Source of the DNA: a virus
Taxonomy: Duplodnaviria; Caudoviricetes
Direction: 5' to 3' (one strand)
DNA length: 26,830 bases
Virus record (IMG/VR): IMGVR_UViG_3300017776_000147
Coordinates: 1-26,830 of that record
Shown here: piece by piece, positions 1 through 6,571 of the stretch
How the letters are laid out: each line of letters begins with the position of its first letter
How positions within the stretch are numbered: position 1 is the first letter of the stretch
The notes under the pieces: model-generated
Told to the model about the DNA's origin: nothing
The model's database searches: none
The model's input: the letters and a program-made list of their open reading frames with translations, nothing else
Translations under genes and position numbers: made by a program

Positions 1-142
1 CCATCTCGTACTCATCACGCTCGAAGTCCACCTCGTAGAAGAGGTTATAGGTCTTGTCACGGATGCGACCAATTAATCCCGTTTCCTTGTGGGCTACCAA
101 CCTTCCGTGGTAGCCCCCTTCCAATAATTTGAAGTTTAGCAT
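1..142 (-). CDS. Hypothetical protein, 5' part only (runs off the window edge)
   Basis: Hand-translated: ATG at 142 overlaps the upstream gene's stop (ATGCTAA). Frame MLNFKLLEGGYHGRLVAHKETGLIGRIRDKTYNLFYEVDFERDEYEM is open to position 1. Confidence 0.7.
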   Translation of the reverse strand, partial: MLNFKLLEGGYHGRLVAHKETGLIGRIRDKTYNLFYEVDFERDEYEM

Positions 143-1065
143 AATCCGAATAATTTTACAATGTTTTCATTAGACTGAACGCCATTCTCGATGGTGCTGA
201 TAGCAGTCTTCAACCAACGGGCGGTATCATCGTTGTTTTTGAACTGAGTCTCATCGGGTGCAGGGAAGTCGACAACCATTTCATCGTTGCTCATCCCGAC
301 CCAATCACGGAAGTCATCATCGCTGATGATGTACTTGCTACGCTGATATCCCGTACGACTACCGCCATATCCCGAGCCAACAGACTCGTGGATAAGTTTT
401 CCTGCGTTCTCGAACCAAGTGAACCCAATTCTGCGGAAGAAACTCGGATGAGCCGTAGCAGATACACGAGGCACATCAACCACATCTTCGTAGTCTTTAA
501 TGGTCACGACTTGACACCCGTTACCTCTAAACACACCCTCGTTGCTGATGTACAGACTAATCTTCACATCAACCTGCTGAGCGAGTTGGTCAACAAGGGC
601 GCAAATCGCACCCCCGTGTCGTGTGAACTGCGTAGCGCTCACACCTGCAACCGCATTGGTGCTGTACACGATGTGTACACGAGGCTTAGCGAACTCATCC
701 GCATCTTTGTAGTAGTGGAACGGGTTTCCGTTGCAGTACGCCCCGACATTGAGCGCCTCGCCTACAACCGCCTTGCGTGGCTCTTCAACCTCGTGGTTGA
801 GTAGCGCACCCAAGTCTGCACGAGCCTTGAGCATTTTCTTCACGCCCATCCCATTATAACACGCATTGTACATCTCTTCGTACGACCCGATGTTGCCGTA
901 GAACGAACCCGTTTCACGGCAGTCCGAACCCCATTCTCCGTGCTCGACATCCTCTCGGTTCGACATCTCGACAAACTCGCTGAATGTAGTCTGTACGAGG
1001 GTCAGTTTGCCTTCTCTCGCATAGCGACTCTCGGGCTTGTAGTTTTCTTTGATTTCGTAACGCAT
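136..1065 (-). CDS. Putative VWA-like partner of the adjacent MoxR-type AAA+ ATPase
   Basis: 309 aa ORF directly downstream of the AAA ATPase. Alpha/beta pattern (RVHIVYST...GGAICALVDQL...VKISLY, HPSFFRRIGF) resembles phage VWA-like partners; no canonical DxSxS MIDAS seen. Confidence 0.6.
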   Translation of the reverse strand: MRYEIKENYKPESRYAREGKLTLVQTTFSEFVEMSNREDVEHGEWGSDCRETGSFYGNIGSYEEMYNACYNGMGVKKMLKARADLGALLNHEVEEPRKAVVGEALNVGAYCNGNPFHYYKDADEFAKPRVHIVYSTNAVAGVSATQFTRHGGAICALVDQLAQQVDVKISLYISNEGVFRGNGCQVVTIKDYEDVVDVPRVSATAHPSFFRRIGFTWFENAGKLIHESVGSGYGGSRTGYQRSKYIISDDDFRDWVGMSNDEMVVDFPAPDETQFKNNDDTARWLKTAISTIENGVQSNENIVKLFGLC

Positions 1066-1103
1066 ATAGCATTTTATTGTGCCCGTGGTGGGCGATTAGT
1101 AGT

Positions 1104-1157
1104 GGGTAGCCCGAGCACGACCTCAGCGCTGACCTTGTTGCAGTCAGTCCGCTACCC
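1104..1157 (-). ncRNA. Intergenic three-way-junction RNA element 1
   Basis: Closing stem GGGTAGC/GCTACCC (1151-1157 with 1104-1110). Arms CTGAC/GTCAG and CTGAG/CTCGG; the latter has a G-U pair only on the minus strand. Confidence 0.55.
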
Positions 1158-1168
1158 TTAGCGAATCA

Positions 1169-2521
1169 TTATAGCGATACGCCATTCAACAAACGTTTCT
1201 TCACATCCGCAGGAAGTCCGTTCAAACAAGAGAACTCAACCGCTTTCTTCAATGTCCAACCGAGGCTATCAACCATTTGGTTGCAGTCAATCGCTTGGCG
1301 AGGCGTGATAAGGATTTGGTCGTAGCCATTGTCCTTAGCGTTCTTGCGGATAGACTGAACTACACGAGTAGCCTCAGTATCGCCACAGATTGCTTTCTCT
1401 AACTTGGTGTCGATATCCCACTCGATGCGAGTGAAACGAGTAAGCGTAGAGCCATCTTGAGGCTTAGCCGAGGCGTAAGTCTTAGATGCCCCCGTGCCGA
1501 ATGTGTTTTGACAAGCAATCACACGGAAGTCAGCGTGGCGCTCAACCATACCATCGGGGAAGCCGTAGCAGTCCCCTGCAAGGATACCATTCAATGCAAT
1601 GGTAGTCTCAGTATTTGAGCGGTCAAACTCATCGAGGATGAGCACCTTACCATTCTCGTAGGCATCACGCAGTTTCGTGCTGATGTACTCGCCCGTTGTT
1701 GGGCTGATAGCACCAACCAAATCGAACGACTGCATCTTGCCGTGACAAGACTCGACTACGTAGTCTAAGTCTAAGGCACGAGCCATTTGGATAGCCCCGT
1801 GAGACTTACCGCTCCCTGCCTCGCCAATCAAGGCGATGTTTTTCTTCATACCCACAAGCGCCACCGCATCAGCGAATGACTTGTGTGCAGTCTCAACACG
1901 CTTGGTCGCAGTCGCAGTAACGACCTCAACCTTGGTGGGCTTGATAGCCTTGAGTTTACGCTCAACGATGGCCTCCACTTGAGCCTCATCTACTGATGCC
2001 CCACCTTGAGACATCATCGCCAACGCAGTCGTTAGCATTTGCATAGGGTCTTGTTGTCCTTGCATAGTTTGTGTAGTCTTAACAGACTCAGTCTGTGGTT
2101 TAGCCTCGGGTTGCTCGACCATAAAGTCAATCATAGCACCCTTGATTTTTTTAAGTTGCTCTCTGTCGAATTTGAACTCACCACCCACAAAGAGTCTGTC
2201 GGGTGTGGCGCTCAATCCGTCCTCATCGAAGAACTCACCACTTGGATGAACACGGGAGTACACCGCCAATATGTTTTGCGAACTGCGGTAAGCAAAGATG
2301 AAACGAACCATATCCATACCCGTTTCAGTATCGAAACGAGACATATACCCTGCATCAATCTTGTTAACCGCTTGTTTGGTACTCATCTTACCCGTTGATG
2401 CGGTGTTAATACCTGCTTGACGGAATAAGTCTTGGCTCTTGGTAGCCAATTCATTGATTTGGATTGTTGAGTAGTCCAATCCCATTTGGGCTACTGCCCA
2501 TACATCTGCTACGAATCTCAT
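1169..2521 (-). CDS. MoxR/CbbQ/CobS-type AAA+ ATPase with N-terminal extension
   Basis: Walker A GEAGSGKS, Walker B LILDEFDR, FRVIACQNT sensor region, LTRF arginine finger and ITPR motif. Confidence 0.9.
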   Translation of the reverse strand: MRFVADVWAVAQMGLDYSTIQINELATKSQDLFRQAGINTASTGKMSTKQAVNKIDAGYMSRFDTETGMDMVRFIFAYRSSQNILAVYSRVHPSGEFFDEDGLSATPDRLFVGGEFKFDREQLKKIKGAMIDFMVEQPEAKPQTESVKTTQTMQGQQDPMQMLTTALAMMSQGGASVDEAQVEAIVERKLKAIKPTKVEVVTATATKRVETAHKSFADAVALVGMKKNIALIGEAGSGKSHGAIQMARALDLDYVVESCHGKMQSFDLVGAISPTTGEYISTKLRDAYENGKVLILDEFDRSNTETTIALNGILAGDCYGFPDGMVERHADFRVIACQNTFGTGASKTYASAKPQDGSTLTRFTRIEWDIDTKLEKAICGDTEATRVVQSIRKNAKDNGYDQILITPRQAIDCNQMVDSLGWTLKKAVEFSCLNGLPADVKKRLLNGVSL

Positions 2522-2567
2522 AGTCTTTGAATTTGTGACCCGTGGTGGGTCGGTTAAAAATAAATTA

Positions 2568-2695
2568 GGGGGTAGCGCAGTCCCTTGAAACTGCCCCGAC
2601 CTATAGCCGTTCTACCCTTTGTTGATTAGAGGTACACGCATCCGTACAACACACCCCCGTTTAGGACATAGACTAGTGAATCAATAGCTACCCCC
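2568..2695 (-). ncRNA. Intergenic multibranch RNA element 2
   Basis: 9-bp closing stem GGGGGTAGC/GCTACCCCC (2687-2695 with 2568-2576), an adjacent 5-bp arm GCAGT-TTCAAGGG-ACTGC, and an internal TTGATT/AATCAA stem. Confidence 0.55.
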
Positions 2696-2764
2696 AAGAT
2701 GAATGCTCCACCGCTAATTAGAGCGATGTCAGTAAATGAAATTTTAGTTAGTGTTTTCATTTGA

Positions 2765-3040
2765 TTATAGATTTTTAGTTAGACTTAGAATACTTTTTTC
2801 AACTGCAGGGTCTGACTGCGTAAACTGAGCACAGATATCGCTATAGAGTTCTATCATTTGCACCAATTTCGGGTCATCGCCTACTTTCTCTACCTCGTTC
2901 TCATCCATATGCATTACGATGAGACTACTCACATAGCGGATAGGGTAGAACTCGTGGCTCGTACCCGTACCCATTATGCCGTACAATTGTGTCTTTGGTG
3001 TTTCTACCAATACCTTGAAGATGTTGCTCTTGAGACTCAT
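2765..3040 (-). CDS. Hypothetical protein (91 aa)
   Basis: ATG overlaps the stop of the 3037-3276 ORF (ATGA coupling); same strand as neighbours. Confidence 0.75.
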   Translation of the reverse strand: MSLKSNIFKVLVETPKTQLYGIMGTGTSHEFYPIRYVSSLIVMHMDENEVEKVGDDPKLVQMIELYSDICAQFTQSDPAVEKSILSLTKNL

Positions 3041-3276
3041 ACTGCGTAAGCGAATTTTAGGTTAGACTTTACCTCAACGTACCCTACAGATACGACCTCT
3101 TTTGGGGCGCTCATTAGAGCCTTTGCCTCTGCGAGTCTCTGCTTCATTGCGAGGCGCTCAGCACGACCCTCTGCAGGTTTGTGGTTTACATTGAACTCAG
3201 CGAACTGAGTCGCATCAAATTTGTCCTTGTTTGAAAGGAATTTAGCACCCGAGGTGCTTCTTGTGACCTTAGCCAT
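3037..3276 (-). CDS. Hypothetical basic protein (79 aa), first ORF of the leftward block
   Basis: ATG with A-rich leader; coupled to the downstream ORF. Confidence 0.75.
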   Translation of the reverse strand: MAKVTRSTSGAKFLSNKDKFDATQFAEFNVNHKPAEGRAERLAMKQRLAEAKALMSAPKEVVSVGYVEVKSNLKFAYAV

Positions 3277-3304
3277 AACACTTGATTTTAGTGGATTAAT
3301 TTAG

Positions 3305-3391
3305 GTGGGGTGGGCAGTTTCGCTCTGCCATACGAGTCGTGCCGTTCAACATACTCTGCGTAACGATGAACAACGTTCTCACACACCCCAC
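3305..3391 (-). ncRNA. tRNA-like cloverleaf element 3 (not a canonical tRNA)
   Basis: 87 nt. 8-bp closing stem GTGGGGTG/CACCCCAC, arms AACG/CGTT and GAGT/ACTC, and a 5-bp/7-nt-loop arm GGCAG-AGCGAAA-CTGCC stacked on the closing stem. No TTC in the loop and no encoded CCA. Confidence 0.55.
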
Positions 3392-3940
3392 GGGAATGGG
3401 TCAAAGACCTACGCTTTGATACTGACTCTACATAGAGGATTTTGTGAGCGCACCTTGGTACGCACCTCGTAGCGATTTTCTCGTTCTCGGTCTAAGCAAC
3501 AGACCCTCACTTTCGTACTGCGGTGGACTTACTAGTGAACTATTGCGGTATCCCTACTAACCATTACTACTGCGGTACTCATTGCTGAATCCCGTTTTCT
3601 TTTCGTGGTGTTCGTTCGTGCATCCTGCATCCAAGGTGCTCTGTTCGTTCAGTCCGTATGGCTTTGTGGTAGGCTTACTAACTGAGTCTGCGTAATGCAA
3701 TAGCGGTTGCTACTCTCAGCGTTCATCCGTACCTCGAAGCGGTGTGGGTGTTGGTCAAGTATCCGTCGGGCGTGGTTGCCTCGGCTTACGGGGTGGCGTA
3801 TCTGTTAGTCCTGCAACAGAGTCGGCTCGGTAACATCGGCATCTCGTTAGTTTGTTTTGAGAAGTCAGCCTCTCGGCCTCGATGTCTCGGTGTCGGTCTT
3901 CTTATGTGAGGCTCTCGCCCTCTCAACCCTTCCGATTGAC
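3392..3940 (-). ncRNA. Candidate long structured non-coding RNA or 5' leader
   Basis: No credible ORF. Many hairpins (3401-3419, 3489-3505, 3682-3719, 3801-3820, and GAGA-tetraloop hairpins 3867-3878 and 3908-3922) plus a long-range stem 3450-3458/3631-3639. Confidence 0.5.
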
Positions 3941-3945
3941 ATTCG

Positions 3946-3976
3946 CAATGTAGGTCGGAAAACCAATACCACGCAA
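3946..3976 (-). promoter_or_regulatory. Possible leftward promoter (variant Bacteroidota -33/-7)
   Basis: Minus strand TTG (3974-3976), N20, CTACATTG (3946-3953). Spacing matches the consensus but the -7 element deviates from TAnnTTTG. Confidence 0.4.
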
Positions 3977-4038
3977 CCCCCAAAAAAATAAACCCCCAAA
4001 TCGCCTTAATATGACCCGCGCGAGGAAATGCCCTCTAT

Positions 4039-4534
4039 CCCAAGCCCACAAAGGGATACAGCCGATTTCAAGCCCATCGAAAAAAAATCCAAAAAAAGTG
4101 AAAATTGGTATTTTATACCTACTCAAATCCCAAGACACAAAAAAAACACTTGACAAGAGTTAAACCCTCTGATGTTCAGCGAGTTACAAATTATTTTATT
4201 ATTTTTCATCGTTGTTGATAACCCGTGAAACCCAAGCCACCAAAGGGATACAGCCGTGGAACACAGACTAAATACCGAAAATAGGGGTTGCATATGTCAA
4301 AAAGAATATAGGTGTACCGATGGAACTTAATCCGCACAAGGTAAAGCCCCGTAAACAAAGGAATACAGAATATAAAAGGACTGATTGACCTTTAATCGAA
4401 GAGCCGATTCGTGAACCCCCATAAACATTGGGCTACAGAGTTGTTTTTCCTAAAACATAAAAGGTCACATTGGGACATAACCAAAAGCGCCAACATCCAC
4501 GGGGCACGAGCGCCCTGCATCCCCCGTAAACACT
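4039..4534. repeat. Dispersed degenerate repeats CCC-N7-10-AAAGGGATACAG / CCCC(G/A)TAAACA
   Basis: cccaagcccacaaagggatacagccg (4039-4064) and cccaagccaccaaagggatacagccg (4231-4256), with weaker copies at 4345-4368, 4414-4440 and 4521-4534. Confidence 0.75.
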
Positions 4535-5154
4535 ACACCCACCCGATAGGGTCGATGCCCATTTATTAGCGTGGATTGCCCACATATTAACGCAATAGAT
4601 ATCCACACCCGAAGAGGTGAAGAGGCTAGGGTAGGTGATAGACTCGCAGACTACAAGCGCCAAGGCAGTAGGCATAGGCATTCCCGTATGAGGGGTAGAT
4701 GGTTAGACTTTCAAAGGTGGGGCAGAAGGGGTGGTTGGATAGTCCCCACGTCTCGCCCGTGTGACCAAAAAGCCAAAACTTTTTTGACCAAATCGGTAAA
4801 CATAGGGGGTAGGGGGTTTGGATTTCCGTTTCGGGTTCGGGTTTGCAGCGTCCGTATATATATATAATCCCCACACTCTCTATACCTCAACCTTTTTTCC
4901 ATTTTACCAAAACCATTTAAACGCTTTCTAACGGCATTTTTATGGAGGCGGAAGGGTACAGTACCATAGGTACATAGAAAGCACTTCAGAAACCACGATA
5001 TGGAGTCTGTTCTAACGAGGGGATGACGCAAGTGCGCTCCGAATATAATTAGCCCTTAAAACTTGTGATGATTTAGTGGGTGTGTGAACTCCCCCACTTG
5101 GAGCACGAGGGATGAGAAAGACAAGTGTCTCACGCTCTCGCTGTGATATTGAGG

Positions 5155-5162
5155 CAAAGTTA
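5155..5162 (-). promoter_or_regulatory. TAnnTTTG -7 element pointing left into non-coding DNA
   Basis: Minus strand TAACTTTG(C) in AT-rich context. Confidence 0.5.
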
Positions 5163-5281
5163 CAACATATTTTTGACATTTAAGGCTGTTTTCCTAACTT
5201 TTTTAGGTTGAAACGAATATTAGGTAAAATATGGGCATAATCGTCTCACGTATGTTAAGATGTGGGTAAACACAACTTTCG

Positions 5282-5289
5282 TATCTTTG
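5282..5289 (+). promoter_or_regulatory. Bacteroidota -7 promoter element
   Basis: TATCTTTG(C), 18 nt upstream of ATG 5308. Confidence 0.7.
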
Positions 5290-5307
5290 CGTATAAATAC
5301 ATATATT

Positions 5308-5472
5308 ATGGAAACACTAAAGAATTTTTGGAGTGAGTACCGTTGGGGTGTTACTTGCTCTTTTGTTACAGCGTTATTGGTATCTGAACAAGACCACTTA
5401 ATAACGGGTGCATTTTTTGCATTAGCATCTTCTGTCGCTCTATTCATCTTTGATAAGATGTATAAGAGTTAA
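5308..5472 (+). CDS. Small hydrophobic (membrane) protein, 54 aa
   Basis: Start moved to ATG 5308 (METLKNFW...), downstream of the promoter; two hydrophobic segments. Confidence 0.65.
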   Translation: METLKNFWSEYRWGVTCSFVTALLVSEQDHLITGAFFALASSVALFIFDKMYKS

Positions 5473-5495
5473 TAACTCTTTCTTACCTTTATATA

Positions 5496-5590
5496 ATACG
5501 GAATTGAAAATTTCGGAACGCGCTTCGCGCTAACAGGAAAGGAGGTGTATAGTATCTTAGAGAAGCCCTTGCGTATGTGGGGGCTTTTCT
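5496..5590 (+). ncRNA. Candidate small RNA containing an extended Shine-Dalgarno sequence
   Basis: TACCTTTA promoter-like element at 5484-5491, two small hairpins, GAAAGGAGGTGT at 5537-5548 with no ATG at initiating distance, and a terminator at the 3' end. Confidence 0.45.
5561..5590 (+). terminator. Intrinsic terminator
   Basis: AGAAGCCCTT...GGGGCTTTT stem with T-rich tail. Confidence 0.7.
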
Positions 5591-5591
5591 G

Positions 5592-5599
5592 TATATTTG
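5592..5599 (+). promoter_or_regulatory. Bacteroidota -7 promoter element
   Basis: TATATTTG directly after the terminator, 7 nt before ATG 5607. Confidence 0.65.
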
Positions 5600-5606
5600 A
5601 AAAACT

Positions 5607-5858
5607 ATGATTTACACATTACTCGCAATATCATTTGGAGCATCGGCATTATATTTTTTTGCTGCATCTCAAATCCAAAAAAAATGCTTTCGCATACTTA
5701 CCGAGGAAGAAAAGGAAGAACTCGGACTCGGCAGTATAAAGGACGAGGAAATCAGAATCTTTGACTCAGAAAAAGCGGGTAGGTGGTTAGCTGTTATGGC
5801 GGTGTGTTGGTGGATTGGCTACCCCGTCATACAGATTCACAAATGGCTAGAAAAATAA
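5607..5858 (+). CDS. Small membrane protein (83 aa)
   Basis: N-terminal and C-terminal hydrophobic segments flank a charged loop; own promoter element. Confidence 0.7.
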   Translation: MIYTLLAISFGASALYFFAASQIQKKCFRILTEEEKEELGLGSIKDEEIRIFDSEKAGRWLAVMAVCWWIGYPVIQIHKWLEK

Positions 5859-5871
5859 AGATATTACTTTG

Positions 5872-5879
5872 TACCTTTG
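5872..5879 (+). promoter_or_regulatory. Bacteroidota -7 promoter element
   Basis: TACCTTTG(C), 6 nt before ATG 5886. Confidence 0.65.
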
Positions 5880-5885
5880 CTATAT

Positions 5886-6098
5886 ATGGACTTTCGTTAT
5901 ATTGCTTGGGGACTCAAGTATATAAAAGCAGTTTTATTCGCTATAAAACTTCGCTTCTGTCTTTTGTGTTTGGAATATATCTTATTCACTCCTCCACCTA
6001 TGAAGGCACTAAGGAGAGACTTAAAAAGAGTGGAAAACTCTACTTTCCGACAAGGTATAGAGTGGGCAAGGACGGTAAAGGCGAAATATTTCTTTTAA
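5886..6098 (+). CDS. Hypothetical protein (70 aa)
   Basis: ATG 5886 (MDFRYIAW...) just after the promoter; stop overlaps the convergent gene's stop. Confidence 0.6.
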   Translation: MDFRYIAWGLKYIKAVLFAIKLRFCLLCLEYILFTPPPMKALRRDLKRVENSTFRQGIEWARTVKAKYFF

Positions 6099-6523
6099 TA
6101 CCTTATCTCCTCTTCTCCGTACAACTTACGATAAAGACGTTGAACGTTGTGTCTCCCTTTATGACTTACAGACAACTTCTGAGCATTGCGCCGTATGTTA
6201 AAATGTACATCGACATCTTCACGACGCTTGGTTGGATTGAAGTATTCCTCAAGATATCCTTTCTTCTTCAGAGGAAGTATAATCCTTTCGTATAATTTTT
6301 TACGAGATTGCCCATAAGATTGTGCTGCCCAAGTAATTTCAAAAAACTCCAAGTCGTACACATATAACAGAAATTCTAACTCAGATTTTGTTAAGTCTGT
6401 GTATTTTACCATATCCCTAATTACAAGACTCCAATACTTTATGTCATTGTGCCTTACGTATTTATCTTGTAAAGGCAGGAACTCTCGATTTATCTTCTTT
6501 TTGTGTATCTTGCTCCTCGGCAT
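6095..6523 (-). CDS. Putative winged-helix DNA-binding protein (142 aa)
   Basis: Start moved to ATG 6523 (MPRSKIHKKK) to avoid overlap with the 6572 gene. LTKSELEFLLYVY...LKKKGYL...LSVSHKGR pattern is MarR/wHTH-like. Confidence 0.65.
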   Translation of the reverse strand: MPRSKIHKKKINREFLPLQDKYVRHNDIKYWSLVIRDMVKYTDLTKSELEFLLYVYDLEFFEITWAAQSYGQSRKKLYERIILPLKKKGYLEEYFNPTKRREDVDVHFNIRRNAQKLSVSHKGRHNVQRLYRKLYGEEEIRY

Positions 6524-6532
6524 AATTTTCCG

Positions 6533-6540
6533 TATATTTG
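6533..6540 (+). promoter_or_regulatory. Bacteroidota -7 promoter element for the pre-terminase operon
   Basis: TATATTTG, 31 nt upstream of ATG 6572. Confidence 0.7.
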
Positions 6541-6571
6541 TAATATACAATTTAATTAAAACAAAAACAAG

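Noticed and set aside
3305-3391. Canonical tRNA gene
   Set aside because: Lacks the TTCRA T-loop, D-loop GG, 7-nt anticodon loop and CCA; kept only as tRNA-like.
3516-4534. CRISPR array or mini-array
   Set aside because: Repeats are either 9 nt or irregularly spaced and degenerate; no cas genes.
3786-5031. Short ORFs in the switch region (3786-3983, 3923-4156, 4433-4681, 4571-4867, 4626-4874, 4711-5031)
   Set aside because: Mutually overlapping, mostly non-ATG starts, low-complexity translations of repeats, and no typical leaders.
5783-6295. 170-aa plus-strand ORF
   Set aside because: GTG start inside another gene; overlaps three better-supported ORFs.
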